Below, piece by piece: positions 51,317-61,848 of a stretch of 62,815 nt of DNA. This DNA is from Cyanobacteria bacterium J06626_4. Lineage in GTDB: Bacteria; Cyanobacteriota; Cyanobacteriia; Phormidesmidales; Phormidesmidaceae. The stretch covers positions 1-62,815 of the forward strand of contig JBCBJQ010000025.1 in assembly GCA_038523235.1 (NCBI GenBank), written 5' to 3'. Positions within the stretch are counted from its first letter, which is position 1, and each line of letters begins with the position of its first letter. Under the pieces are notes generated by a model. That model had not been told where the DNA came from, made no database searches, and worked only from the letters and a program-made list of their open reading frames with translations. A program made the translations under genes and the position numbers.

Positions 51317-52009
51317 ATGGCAGCAGTAGAGATATACCTGCAGGCTTTGAAGCGCTTGTATGAACGAGAAGCCAATCCTGATGCCGCCGTTTCGATGCGG
51401 GCTTATATGCGCAACCAGTTTGAGTTCTTGGGAATTAAGTCACCTGCCGCTAAAGGGCTTTTTCGGGAGTTGATGAAGGAACGGGGTTTGCCGGAGTTAG
51501 AGCACCTTGACACTATCGTAAAGGCTCTATGGGCCTGGCCAGAGCGCGAATATCAGTATGCAGCGCTTCATCTCTTAGACAAATTGCAGAAAAAGCTGAC
51601 ATTGGCGTCTCTGCCACTGTTGGAACATTTGATCACGACCAAGTCCTGGTGGGATACGGTGGATTCTATTGCTATCCACAATGTAGGCAAACTTTTGCGA
51701 CAATATCCAGAGGAGCGAGATCGCACCATTACGCCCTGGCGATGTTCTGAAAACTTGTGGTTACGGCGTACCACCCTGCTGTCTCAGCTTGATTACAAAA
51801 CCGATACTGACGAGCAACTCTTGTTTGCACTGGTGGAAGAAAATCGAGTCTCCTCAGAATTTTTCATTCAAAAAGCGATCGGCTGGGCGCTGCGAGAGTA
51901 CTCTAAAACTGCTCCAGAAACCATCAAATCATTTGTCGCCTCAACTGAGCTAGCCCCATTGAGTCGCCGCGAAGCCTTGAAATGGATGAAAGCGAAGGGG
52001 CAACTCTAA
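51317..52009 (+). CDS. DNA alkylation repair protein (AlkD-like HEAT-repeat glycosylase)
   Basis: M.AYMRNQF.FLGIK.P, EREYQY.A, KSWWDTVD, EFFIQKAIGWALREYSKT. Confidence 0.92.
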   Translation: MAAVEIYLQALKRLYEREANPDAAVSMRAYMRNQFEFLGIKSPAAKGLFRELMKERGLPELEHLDTIVKALWAWPEREYQYAALHLLDKLQKKLTLASLPLLEHLITTKSWWDTVDSIAIHNVGKLLRQYPEERDRTITPWRCSENLWLRRTTLLSQLDYKTDTDEQLLFALVEENRVSSEFFIQKAIGWALREYSKTAPETIKSFVASTELAPLSRREALKWMKAKGQL

Positions 52010-52124
52010 GGTGGAAAAGATGGCCTGATTTTCTGAAACAGCGCGGCAACTCTGGTTGCCTGATTCCTGGATTTTCCTAAATGGCTAGATCTGCCACAGG
52101 TAAGTTAATGAGTGACAGTGGAGA

Positions 52125-53726
52125 TTAACTGGCCTGGTTTGAGATGAGGTGCCACTCGTCTGCATGGGCAAGTTCGGTGAACTGAGCAGCGGCAGTCTGA
52201 AAAGGCGTCGGGTCTTGAACCAGCAAGTATAGCGGATTAACCGTTTGCCAAGGGGCGACCAACTCTGCGGCTGGTAGCGCAATGATACGGCGATCGCAAT
52301 AGAAATTGAGGGAGGGGCGTTCGTAGCTATAGGTTATGTAGACTGGCTGCTCCGGCGGCACCTGCTCATTCACCAGGCTCGAGATCGGCAGCACTGGGAA
52401 CGACTCGCCGAGCTCCCACAGCCAGTGATCAGAGATCATTAAGCTGCCCAGGGCAAAATAAAGTCCCACAACCAAAGTGGGAATAAACCGGGTTTGTTGG
52501 CGCGAGCTGAATAGCGCTGCCAGACCTGAGGTGATTGTAACGGCTCCAAAGGTGAGCGCTAAAGCTATTGAAGGTTCCCCTCCCCAAGGACTGGCGTAAA
52601 CGACGCCTGCCATGCCCACCAGGCTAAACAGGGCTAGCAGCCAAAACCAGACTAGAGGAATCTGTTTGAGGGCGATGCTGCGACCGTTCCAGTGCTGATA
52701 CCGATGCCAGGCCGCAGTGAGGGCCACTCCGACGGTAAGGGCGATCGCCGGATACAGCGGAAAGATATACCAGGGTAGTTTGGTGCCCATGATCGAAATC
52801 GCGAGCAGATATCCCACCGTCCACACGAGCAAAAGCTTGCTCCAGGTTTGATGACGCGATTGCCAGGTAAGCCAGAAACCTGTCGGCCAAAAGATTAGCC
52901 AGGGCCAGCCGTACTTCAGCAATTCCAGCAGGTAGTACCAGATGGGACCTTGGTGATTGTCAACGGCATTCCAGACGCGCTCAAAATTTTGATTGAGCAA
53001 AGTGACATCTAAAAATTGCTGCCCATAATACTGCCACTGTAAGAAATACCAGCCAATAATCGGCAAACTGCTGAGGGCCAAACCGGCCCATAGATAGGGC
53101 GATCGCAGGGCTTTTGGGGCGTCCCACAGCAAAAACAACAGGGCGATCGCGAGGAGCAAAATTCCTAAAATGCCCTTGGTGAGGCACATTAAGGCAAAGC
53201 AAACGCCAACTCCCAGAGAATCGGCTGGGTGACGACGAGATCGTAGCAGTAGCCATAACAGAGCAATAAAAAAGCAAGTGACTGCCCCGTCTAGCATGGC
53301 TAAACGACCATGGCGCACCACCGGCAAGCAAGTCAGATAGATGCCTGCCCCCAAACCCGCATAGGTTCGCGTGGGAAAGATTTCTCGCCCGAGGAGATAG
53401 AGCAGCGGCACGGAGGTGGCGGTCAACATGGCTCCGGGTAGTCGAGCTACCCAGGTATGGACGCCGAAGTTTTGAAATGCGGCGGCGATGAGGCTGTGCA
53501 AGAGGGGGGGCTTATTCAGGTAGGGGGCTCCCCATAGCTGTGGATGTAGCCAAGCTGTCCAGGTCCCTCCTTGACTGATTTCACGAGCGACTTGAGCTAC
53601 GGTGCCTTCATCCCAATCGCGTAGCGGGACGCCTTCTAAATCCAGGCAAAATAAGCCCAGTGCGGCCAGCCACAAGAGCGCGAAACACAGAAGGTCGCTG
53701 CGCGGAATGGTTCGCTGAAAAATCAT
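52125..53726 (-). CDS. Glycosyltransferase family 39 / ArnT-like membrane protein
   Basis: LRDWDEG..AQVAREI, YLNKPPL, RLAMLDG, TKG, TKLPWYIFPLYP. Confidence 0.9.
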   Translation of the reverse strand: MIFQRTIPRSDLLCFALLWLAALGLFCLDLEGVPLRDWDEGTVAQVAREISQGGTWTAWLHPQLWGAPYLNKPPLLHSLIAAAFQNFGVHTWVARLPGAMLTATSVPLLYLLGREIFPTRTYAGLGAGIYLTCLPVVRHGRLAMLDGAVTCFFIALLWLLLRSRRHPADSLGVGVCFALMCLTKGILGILLLAIALLFLLWDAPKALRSPYLWAGLALSSLPIIGWYFLQWQYYGQQFLDVTLLNQNFERVWNAVDNHQGPIWYYLLELLKYGWPWLIFWPTGFWLTWQSRHQTWSKLLLVWTVGYLLAISIMGTKLPWYIFPLYPAIALTVGVALTAAWHRYQHWNGRSIALKQIPLVWFWLLALFSLVGMAGVVYASPWGGEPSIALALTFGAVTITSGLAALFSSRQQTRFIPTLVVGLYFALGSLMISDHWLWELGESFPVLPISSLVNEQVPPEQPVYITYSYERPSLNFYCDRRIIALPAAELVAPWQTVNPLYLLVQDPTPFQTAAAQFTELAHADEWHLISNQAS

Positions 53727-53872
53727 GGTGCCTCTGCAGCGGTCGCTCTCAAAAGGTTACTGCGGATGCCTGCGCCTTGGGGGCAAAGGCAGCGTTTTGA
53801 GCAAGTTCACAAGATGCGTAAACGGCAATAGAAAGTCGAGCTGTCGCTGTCGCTAGCTATCATAAGTCTTGG

Positions 53873-54334
53873 CTATAAGGGTTTGGTTAACCAGAGGGAA
53901 TGGGTTTGATAGCCCAATTTTTGATAGAGCGCGATCGCCCCAGGATTGTTGGCGAAGACCTGTAGCCCAATTTGATAATCTCCTCTCGCCCTGGCCCAAG
54001 CCTGAGCCTGGTTGAGCAAGGCCGTGGCAATGCCTCGGCGGCGATGTGCTGGTGAGACATACAGCACCAGCACATAGCTATGGCGATCACCACGCTGCTG
54101 ATCAACCGCATTGCCTAACCACAAACAACCGACTGGACTCTGCGACGCGGGCTCAGTTTCTACCCACCATAACGGTGTCTGCTCGGATAAATGGCGATCG
54201 ACCGTTTGAGTTAAGTGATGGAATGTTTGCGTACCGGCAATTTCTTGATACGTGTGGCTGAGGAATTTGACTAACAGCGATCGCTCTGACCGGGAACCGC
54301 GTCGTAAATCATAACCAGAAACTGGGAAAGCCAT
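53873..54334 (-). CDS. GNAT family N-acetyltransferase
   Basis: LYVSPAHRRRGIATALL, IGLQVFANNPGAIALYQKLGY. Confidence 0.92.
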   Translation of the reverse strand: MAFPVSGYDLRRGSRSERSLLVKFLSHTYQEIAGTQTFHHLTQTVDRHLSEQTPLWWVETEPASQSPVGCLWLGNAVDQQRGDRHSYVLVLYVSPAHRRRGIATALLNQAQAWARARGDYQIGLQVFANNPGAIALYQKLGYQTHSLWLTKPL

Positions 54335-54342
54335 TCAGCTGA

Positions 54343-54582
54343 CTAAGCCCGACTGACGACTGAGGTGATCAGCTCTGACAACAATGCCGAAATTTTAGAA
54401 GCTTCCCCGCTGTTAGTTGTGGAGGGGACGGGTGAAAGCTTGATCTGGCCGACGGGCTCCTCAATAGGAGCGGGAGCCATCATGTCACTGGGTAAAAAGA
54501 TGCGGGCACTGACCGCGAGCATGGCCACTAAAAAGGTCAGCACAATCAGGAAGGGAGCAATGTAAGAGCGGAAAAAAGCCAT
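54343..54582 (-). CDS. Conserved small single-TM cyanobacterial protein
   Basis: MAFFRSYIAPFLIVLTFLVAMLAVSARIFLPSDMMAPAPIE; ends 8 nt upstream of the GNAT gene. Confidence 0.75.
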   Translation of the reverse strand: MAFFRSYIAPFLIVLTFLVAMLAVSARIFLPSDMMAPAPIEEPVGQIKLSPVPSTTNSGEASKISALLSELITSVVSRA

Positions 54583-55108
54583 AATAATCGTCACCGAAGA
54601 TAAAACGTTGGCAAAACTTGAATCCCAACTTCTGAGCAAGTTAGAAGCCAGCTTTCAAAGTTTAAAGTATAGATAAGGGCAAATGGCTTGATGAAACGAC
54701 TGTCATGCCGCCGCGCCCCTCACAAGAACCTACTCTCAATTTTATGACAGTAGTAGAACGGCCAATATTCTCCCTCTGTGTTGAAGCGAAAAATGAGGAA
54801 GGGGCTAACTCAGCGTCTAACAAACTGTCAGATATTGCGTATCATTTGGAGATAGGTACTTCCCTGGCAGAGTTGATTTCTCGCCTAGAATGGTAGTGCT
54901 GACCAGGGTTGGCCGAGCGGATTAGGCAGCGAACTCATAATTCGCCTTAGACAGGTTCGACTCCTGTACCCTGGATTGATCGCAAGTTTGACTGCAGAGA
55001 CTAATTCTGATGTTAGCTGCTCGCGATCGCCCTCAATTTTCTTTACCATGGGGAAGCGCTGGAAAAAACAATCATTCCGCAACGCTTCCTCTTATTTATT
55101 CGCCAACG

Positions 55109-55426
55109 ATGCTGTCATTTTTAAGCCGCTTGATTGACCGTCACTCTGATGATGTGGTCGCTCAGGTCGAAATCTACACCTGGCAAACTTGTCCCTACTG
55201 CATTCGGGCTAAATTGCTGCTGTGGTGGAAAGGCGTCGAATTTACGGAATACAAGATTGACGGTGATGGCGGCGCTCGCGTTCGCATGGCAGAGCGAGCC
55301 AACGGTCGCAAAAGCGTGCCGCAGATTTTTATTAATAATGAGCATATTGGCGGTTGCGATGAGCTGTATGCCCTTGATGCCAAGGGACAGCTAGCCCCCT
55401 TACTGACTGAACCGGCACCGCTCTAA
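55109..55426 (+). CDS. grxC: Glutaredoxin 3
   Basis: VEIYTWQTCPYCIRAK, SVPQIFI...IGGCDEL. Start placed at ATG 55109. Confidence 0.93.
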   Translation: MLSFLSRLIDRHSDDVVAQVEIYTWQTCPYCIRAKLLLWWKGVEFTEYKIDGDGGARVRMAERANGRKSVPQIFINNEHIGGCDELYALDAKGQLAPLLTEPAPL

Positions 55427-55835
55427 CCCCCGATTCCCCCTTATCCGGCTGAGGACACGGTTAGAGAGGCATTGGCGAAAAGCCTAACGGCATCTGTGAG
55501 TTGACCCTCGGCCCAGCAAGCTTGAACTTGATGGGCCGATCACTTTGGAACCGGCACTGGGCAGTAACTCTCAAACCGACGACACATTTCCAGGTTGGGA
55601 GATGACGAGATTAGATCATGCCTGTGCCCTCAGGGCAGCGCTCTCGAGCCGTGCCATCCCTCACGAGAAATCCTTTCCTCAAAGCGTGGGATCGAGCTAA
55701 AAACAGTTTTTTTCTATCGCGGTGTAGATTTCTGTTCAAAAATCAGGAATCTGCACCATTGTGCATTTGCATTTCTTAAGGAAATTGTTAAGTTAAGTAT
55801 ATATTGATGAATCTCATAACCGGTACCTCTCAATC

Positions 55836-56375
55836 ATGCAACTCACTGCCACTGCTGCCAAGCTTTTTCGGCCCAATGTTTCCGCTAACACTCTGTCTCA
55901 AACAACCCTTGCGATTTTGCGGGTGACCTTGGGGATCATGATGGTTCACAACGGACTCGACAAGCTGGCAGACATCGAAAATTTTGCCCGTGCTTACGTT
56001 GAGTACCTGGGCCTGCCCTTTCCGATTTTTCTCAGCTACGTGGCTGCCTACACAGAACTGATCGGTGCACCTTTGCTAGCCATTGGTCTGTTCAGCCGGT
56101 TTGCGTCGCTGGGCCTGTTTGGCACCATGTGTGTGGCGATGTATCACCATATTTCGGTCGCTGGCTTGAGCTTGCCCTATCTGGAGCTGTCCGCGATTTA
56201 TGCGGCTTCATTCCTCTACTTCTTAGTTAATGGTGCGGGCCTCTACTCCTTCGATGCGCTGATTACTAATTTCCTCGACAACACTGTCCTGTCGCTCAAG
56301 GAAAAGCAGATCATGCGTCTCGAAAAGTCCTACCAAGCGTCTGAGTTGGCTCAGGACAAAACCACAGTTTCTTAG
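55836..56375 (+). CDS. DoxX family membrane protein
   Basis: ILRVTLGIMMVHNGLDKL, AYTELIGA.LL.IGLFSR, GAG.YSFD. Confidence 0.9.
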   Translation: MQLTATAAKLFRPNVSANTLSQTTLAILRVTLGIMMVHNGLDKLADIENFARAYVEYLGLPFPIFLSYVAAYTELIGAPLLAIGLFSRFASLGLFGTMCVAMYHHISVAGLSLPYLELSAIYAASFLYFLVNGAGLYSFDALITNFLDNTVLSLKEKQIMRLEKSYQASELAQDKTTVS

Positions 56376-56784
56376 TCACGATTGACAACTTGGGCGGGGT
56401 GGCTTTGCGTAAAGTCTTCCTGAGATTTTTAAGCAGCGAGTGGGAGAACTAAGGAAGTCTCTCACTCGCTGCTTTTTTGGGGCGGTGGGCAGGGCTGGGG
56501 CGATTGCTTGTCCTTGGCTAGAAACGTTGGCAGACCGGAACGATGGGGCGTTTTTAGTCCCTGGTAACGCTGAGGAATGAACATCCTGCGGTGAAGCGAG
56601 GCCGCATTCAGAGCAGCGGTGGCTGAGTCCATTGAGTTGTAGGTGTGGCCGCAGTAGAGATCGCATAGAGCAGATCTTGATCCCGCAGTCGGCAAATCTT
56701 AAGTCATAATAAAGATACACTTCTTAACGATGACTCCTTCTCAACTTCGGTTCGTCAAAAAATACAGTTCGTCAGAAAAACATC

Positions 56785-58077
56785 GTGACATCACTTCAAG
56801 ACCAAGATTCAACTGCTTTGACGGCCGATGAGGCATCTTCAAGGAAGGGTTTCACCGAAGCGTCGAGCGGCTACGGCAAATTGCTGGTAGGGGTCGGCCT
56901 CGGGATGGCGATCGCTCTCGTGGGGGCTCGCTTTGTCGGTGGGGCCTCGGCACCTAGTGCCGCTCCGGTGAGCGAGCCGAGTAGCCAAGTCAGTGCGCAA
57001 ACGGTGACGGTCGTTCCTGTGCAGGTGGGCCAAGTGACTGAGCAACTGACGGTGACGGGGACGGTGCAGGCGAGCGATTTATTGGCGGTGACGCCGCAAA
57101 TTGGCGGTTTGCAAATTCGCCAGGTGTTAGTGGAGGAGGGCGATCGCGTTGGTGCCGGTCAGCCTTTAGTGAGGCTCGACGATACCGAGCTACGCAATCA
57201 AATTCAGCGGGCGCAAGCGCAGCTTGACGTGGCGCAAGCGCAACTCCAGCAGCAAACAGCCAACTTGTCTCAGGCCAAGGCGCTGCTAGTCGAAGCAGAC
57301 GCGAATCGACAGCGCTATCAATCACTGGCTGATCAGGGTGCTGTCAGTAGCGAAGAGCTTGATAGTCGTGCTACCCAGGCGCTCACGGCACGGGAGTCAA
57401 TGGGGGTGGCTGAGGCTAACGTGGCTAGCGCCGAAGCGACGATTCGCAGCGAGCAGTCAGAGCTGGCTCGCCTGCAAACCCAGCTGACCCGCACTATCGT
57501 TAACGCACCGAAGGCGGGCATTGTGGCCGAGCGACCGGCGAGCGTAGGCGATGTGTCATCGACCTCGGATCAAGTGGTGTCGCTGATTCAAGGCAATCAG
57601 CTGGAGCTGGCAGGAGAGGTGCCCCAGGCCCAATTGACCCAAGTGCAGGTGGGCGGGCCTGCTGTCGTGACGTCGAGTACTGATTCTGACCTGCGTCTGC
57701 AGGGCACGGTGCAAGAGATTCAGCCGCTGATCAATCCACAAACGCGCACTGCTGAAGTTGTGATTCAACTGCCTGCGAGCGATCGCTTGCGAGCGGGGAT
57801 GTTTTTGCAGGCGGATATTCAAGTCGGCCAGCGAACGGGGCTAACGGTGCCCGCGACAGCGCTGCTGCCGCAACCGGATGGCTCTGTCCGTGTCTATGTG
57901 TTGGATGCCGATCAGACGGCGGTGGCTCGCAGCATTGAGATTGGCGCTCGCGTTGCCGGTGTGGGAGATGCCCCCGATCAGGTCGAGATCTTGCAAGGAC
58001 TCGATGCTGGAGAACAGGTTATCGTCGCGGGCGCGGGCTACGTTCAGGACGGCGATACTGTGACCGTGGCGGAATGA
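56785..58077 (+). CDS. RND efflux periplasmic adaptor (membrane fusion protein)
   Basis: N-terminal anchor, VLVEEGDRV..GQPL..LD, alpha-hairpin, V.AP..GIV, LRAGMF. Confidence 0.92.
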   Translation: MTSLQDQDSTALTADEASSRKGFTEASSGYGKLLVGVGLGMAIALVGARFVGGASAPSAAPVSEPSSQVSAQTVTVVPVQVGQVTEQLTVTGTVQASDLLAVTPQIGGLQIRQVLVEEGDRVGAGQPLVRLDDTELRNQIQRAQAQLDVAQAQLQQQTANLSQAKALLVEADANRQRYQSLADQGAVSSEELDSRATQALTARESMGVAEANVASAEATIRSEQSELARLQTQLTRTIVNAPKAGIVAERPASVGDVSSTSDQVVSLIQGNQLELAGEVPQAQLTQVQVGGPAVVTSSTDSDLRLQGTVQEIQPLINPQTRTAEVVIQLPASDRLRAGMFLQADIQVGQRTGLTVPATALLPQPDGSVRVYVLDADQTAVARSIEIGARVAGVGDAPDQVEILQGLDAGEQVIVAGAGYVQDGDTVTVAE

Positions 58078-58194
58078 AGATACTGTTTTGCCAGCTTCGG
58101 TGGGGAAACATCATTGATGCGGAACTTTGAATGAAGATAGCGGACTGGTCGACATCCCCCATAGGCGCGACGGTGCGTCCGAAACATTCTGCAA

Positions 58195-58260
58195 GGGCGA
58201 GGCATTCGGCTAGAAGTGTGATTCTGTTGTCCAGTTAGTCGATGCTCGAATGCCTCGCCC
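58195..58260. repeat. REP-like inverted repeat between the MFP and RND genes
   Basis: GGGCGAGGCATTCG (58195-58208) and CGAATGCCTCGCCC (58247-58260) form a perfect 14-bp inverted repeat. Confidence 0.7.
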
Positions 58261-58322
58261 CTCCGAATCCTGTTTTTTCCTAATGTCCTGTCCTACTCTA
58301 TTCACCTGAAACTGATTCACCC

Positions 58323-61300
58323 ATGTCCTTCAACCTCTCCGGCTGGTCGATTCGTCGCCCGATTCCCACCTTGGTTCTGTTCTTGGTGTTGACGCTGGCG
58401 GGGCTCGTTTCCTTTGGTCGCCTCGGGGTCGATTTAAACCCGAATATCGACTTTCCGGCAGTGCTGGTCACGGTCAATCAAACTGGAGCTGGTCCCGAGG
58501 AACTCGAAACCCAGGTCACTAGAAAGGTTGAGGATGCCGTTGCGGGACTCGGCAACATCGACGAAATTCGCTCAACCATCACTGACAGCAGCTCTCAGAC
58601 CGTCATTAGTTTCACCCTGGGAACCGATACCGATCGCGCCACTAATGATGTCCGAGACGCGATCGCGCGGATTCGTTCCGATTTGCCTGGTAGTGCCCAA
58701 GACCCGATCGTCCGCCGATTGGACTTTGAAGGGGGCTCAATTTTGACCTATGCGGTGATCTCTGATCAGCGATCGGTGGAAGAGCTGAGCGATCTGGTTG
58801 ATCGCGACATTAGCCGTAGCCTGCTTTCTGTGTCTGGGGTTGCGCAGGTTAATCGCATCGGGGGCGTCGATCCCGAAATTCGCATTGATCTTGACCCCAA
58901 TCAGCTCGATGCTTTGGGCATTACGGCGTCTCAGGTGAATGACCAGATTCGTGCTCTTAACGTCAACTTGCCCAGTGGTCGAGCGACGGTCGGTCAACAA
59001 GAACAAGGCTTGCGCACCCTAGGTAGTGCCCCGACAGTGGAAGCCTTCGCGACGTATCAGATTCAGTTACCCAATGGCACCGCCGTCCCGTTAAGAAGTT
59101 TGGGCACCGTTGAACGGGGTATCGCTGAAACTCGGCAGGCGGCCTACTTCAATAACCAGCCGGTGGTGGCTTTTTCAGTGTTGCGGAGTACCGGCAGCGT
59201 GCTGGTATCGGTCGAAGAAGGGGTGACAGCGCAGGTCGCCGAATTAGAAGAAACCCTACCTGAAGATATCGATTTTCAACTCATCTTCACCCGCGCCACC
59301 GATATCCGCGACTCTTATCAGGCTTCGATCGAAGCGCTGATCATCGGCTGTCTTTTGGCGGTGGTTGTGGTTGGCGTGTTTTTACGAGACTGGCGCGCCA
59401 CACTGATCACGGCGACCGCTTTACCGCTGTCGATCATTCCCACCTTTTTAGTCATTGAATGGTTTGGCTATACCCTCAACAGCATGTCGCTGCTGGGGCT
59501 GACCCTGGCGGTGGGAAATTTGGTCGATGACGCGATCGTCGAAATTGAAAACGTCGAACGCCACATTCGCATGGGGAAATCGCCCATCAAGGCGGCGACT
59601 GACTCAACTGCTGAAGTGGGGCTAGCCGTGGTGACGACGACCGCGACTATCGTGGCTGTCTTTATTCCCGTCGCCTTTATGGGGGGGATTCCCGGCCAGT
59701 TTTTCAAGCCGTTTGGTGTCACAGTGGCTACTGCCACCATGTTTTCGACCCTTGTGGCCCGACTGATGACCCCGGTGATGGCCGCTTACTTGCTGAAATC
59801 AAAGCCGTCTCAAAGTGAGCCTGCACCTGCTTTAAACGGTCATCCGCTGTCGTCTCGTCGTCGCCTACACCCCTATCAAACGCTACTCAAGGCTGGACTT
59901 CGCAACCGGTTCCTGACGGTGACGTTGGCGCTGGTCTTTTTTGTGGGCAGCGTGATGCTGGTGCCCTATATTCCCACCAGCCTGTTTGAATCCGGCGATA
60001 CCGGCTTGTCTACTGTTCTCGTCGAACTGCCTCCCGGTAACACCCTGGCCGATACCCATCAAGTGACGGAGCGGTTGACCGATGATTTGCTGTCTGAATC
60101 GGCGGTGCAAACAGTGTTGGCTTCGGAAGGCGGAGATGGAATCAACACCGCTACGCTATTTGTACGGCTGAAGCCTGAGGATGAGCGGGTGATCACGCAA
60201 AAAGAGTTTGAAAAATCGGCTCGACAACTGTTTCAAGCCGTGCCGGGGGCTCGCATCAGTTTTGAAAGCCAGGGTGCGGGCGGCGAGAGCAAAGATCTGA
60301 CGATTATCCTCAAGGGCGAGAATCCGACGACGCTACTAGAGGCTTCTAACGATCTGACCCGTCAAATGCGAGAAGTGCCTGGACTGGTTGAGGTCACTTC
60401 GAGCGCCAGTTTGGTGAAACCAGAAATCTTAATCACCCCTAATCCCTTACGGGCGGCTGACTTGGGGGTCTCGGTGCAGGCGATCGCCAATACGGCCTTC
60501 CTGGCAACCCTGGGTGATACGGAATCCAATCTGGCAGAATTTACGCTGGGCGATCGCCAGATTCCTATTCGCATTCAGCTTGACCCCGTCTATCGCGACC
60601 AGATTGATACTCTGCGTCAGCTCAAAGTGCCAGGCGACAGTGGTAATCTGGTGCCGTTGGTGGCCGTCGCTGATGTGGCCTTTGGCAGTGGCCCCGCGCA
60701 GATCGATCGCTTTGATCGCTCTCGCCAGGTCACCATCGGTGGCAACCTACAAGGCATCACCCTGGGGCAAGGACTTGCTGCCGTCAACCCGTTGCCAGCT
60801 CTGCAAAACCTGCCACCTGACGTGCAACAGCAGCCCGCGGGTGATGCCGAGATTATGCAGGAAATTTTCAGCCGATTTTTGTTGGCTCTGGGCACCGCCG
60901 TCCTGATGATTTATGCAGTACTGGTGTTGCTGTATAACAGCTTCCTGTATCCCCTGGCGGTGATGGCAGCGCTACCGCTTTCCGTGGGGGGAGCACTGAT
61001 GGGCCTGTTGGTGACACAAAAGCCCTTGGGGCTGTTCGCGCTGATCGGCGTGGTGTTACTCATGGGTTTGGTCACCAAAAACGCGATTTTGCTGGTGGAC
61101 TATGCGCTCATTGCTAAGGCTGAGGGTAAGTCTCGTCGCCAAGCGGTCATCGAAGCAGGCACCACTCGCTTACGACCCATTTTGATGACGTCGATTTCGA
61201 CCATGGCGGGGATGGTGCCCATTGCCCTAGAGTGGGGAGCCGGGAGTGAAACGCGTAGTCCGATGGCGATCGCGGTGATTGGTGGATTCACAACATCAAC

Positions 61301-61451
61301 GCTGTTGACGTTGGTGGTTGTTCCCGTTTTCTTTACGTACATCGATGGCTTTCAAAGTGGCATTGGCAGGTTCTTCCGTCGCTTTCGTCCCGCTGCTCCT
61401 AAGCCCCTTTACAAAGAGTTGGAAGCTTATACTGCACCGACCCAAAAATAG
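58323..61451 (+). CDS. RND efflux transporter permease (AcrB/AcrD/AcrF family)
   Basis: 1042 aa; SIRRP, VGNLVDDAIVEIEN, KNAILLVD, RLRPILMT, PMAIAVIGG. Confidence 0.95.
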   Translation: MSFNLSGWSIRRPIPTLVLFLVLTLAGLVSFGRLGVDLNPNIDFPAVLVTVNQTGAGPEELETQVTRKVEDAVAGLGNIDEIRSTITDSSSQTVISFTLGTDTDRATNDVRDAIARIRSDLPGSAQDPIVRRLDFEGGSILTYAVISDQRSVEELSDLVDRDISRSLLSVSGVAQVNRIGGVDPEIRIDLDPNQLDALGITASQVNDQIRALNVNLPSGRATVGQQEQGLRTLGSAPTVEAFATYQIQLPNGTAVPLRSLGTVERGIAETRQAAYFNNQPVVAFSVLRSTGSVLVSVEEGVTAQVAELEETLPEDIDFQLIFTRATDIRDSYQASIEALIIGCLLAVVVVGVFLRDWRATLITATALPLSIIPTFLVIEWFGYTLNSMSLLGLTLAVGNLVDDAIVEIENVERHIRMGKSPIKAATDSTAEVGLAVVTTTATIVAVFIPVAFMGGIPGQFFKPFGVTVATATMFSTLVARLMTPVMAAYLLKSKPSQSEPAPALNGHPLSSRRRLHPYQTLLKAGLRNRFLTVTLALVFFVGSVMLVPYIPTSLFESGDTGLSTVLVELPPGNTLADTHQVTERLTDDLLSESAVQTVLASEGGDGINTATLFVRLKPEDERVITQKEFEKSARQLFQAVPGARISFESQGAGGESKDLTIILKGENPTTLLEASNDLTRQMREVPGLVEVTSSASLVKPEILITPNPLRAADLGVSVQAIANTAFLATLGDTESNLAEFTLGDRQIPIRIQLDPVYRDQIDTLRQLKVPGDSGNLVPLVAVADVAFGSGPAQIDRFDRSRQVTIGGNLQGITLGQGLAAVNPLPALQNLPPDVQQQPAGDAEIMQEIFSRFLLALGTAVLMIYAVLVLLYNSFLYPLAVMAALPLSVGGALMGLLVTQKPLGLFALIGVVLLMGLVTKNAILLVDYALIAKAEGKSRRQAVIEAGTTRLRPILMTSISTMAGMVPIALEWGAGSETRSPMAIAVIGGFTTSTLLTLVVVPVFFTYIDGFQSGIGRFFRRFRPAAPKPLYKELEAYTAPTQK

Positions 61452-61529
61452 CCCTATAATTCGGAAGCTATAGTTTGTGAATGTTGAGTGGCTAGTGGAT
61501 TCCTCAGGCTCAACCCAATTCACTGCTTT

Positions 61530-61601
61530 GCGGGTGTAGTTCAGTGGTAGAACGTCAGCTTCCCAAGCTGAATGTCGACGGTTCGAGTCCGTTCACCCGC
61601 T
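61530..61601 (+). tRNA. trnG: tRNA-Gly (anticodon CCC)
   Basis: GCGGGTG/CACCCGC acceptor stem, D-loop AGTGGTA, anticodon arm TCAGC-TTCCCAA-GCTGA, T-loop GGTTCGAGTCC; CCA not encoded. Confidence 0.96.
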
Positions 61602-61848
61602 TTCAAGTGTTTCATTCTCAAATGCTTTACAGAAAACGGCTTCAGCCATCAAGGTGTCGACTGCTTTTTGGCAAAGTGGCCGTGACTTTGGGGCAGTTTG
61701 GGGGTAAAAACTGGTACGAAATTGGGCGTTGCTGATTTCAGGGATGAACGGGTCTTCCAGGACAGAGGCTGTGTTGCCCCCTTGTATCTTGAAATCCAGA
61801 ACGGTAGACCGCTTGCCCCCTGGGTTCTAGAGACCGAGATTTAGTCTA

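Noticed and set aside
61544..61735. 63-aa ORF in the ORF track
   Set aside because: Overlaps the tRNA-Gly gene; spurious.
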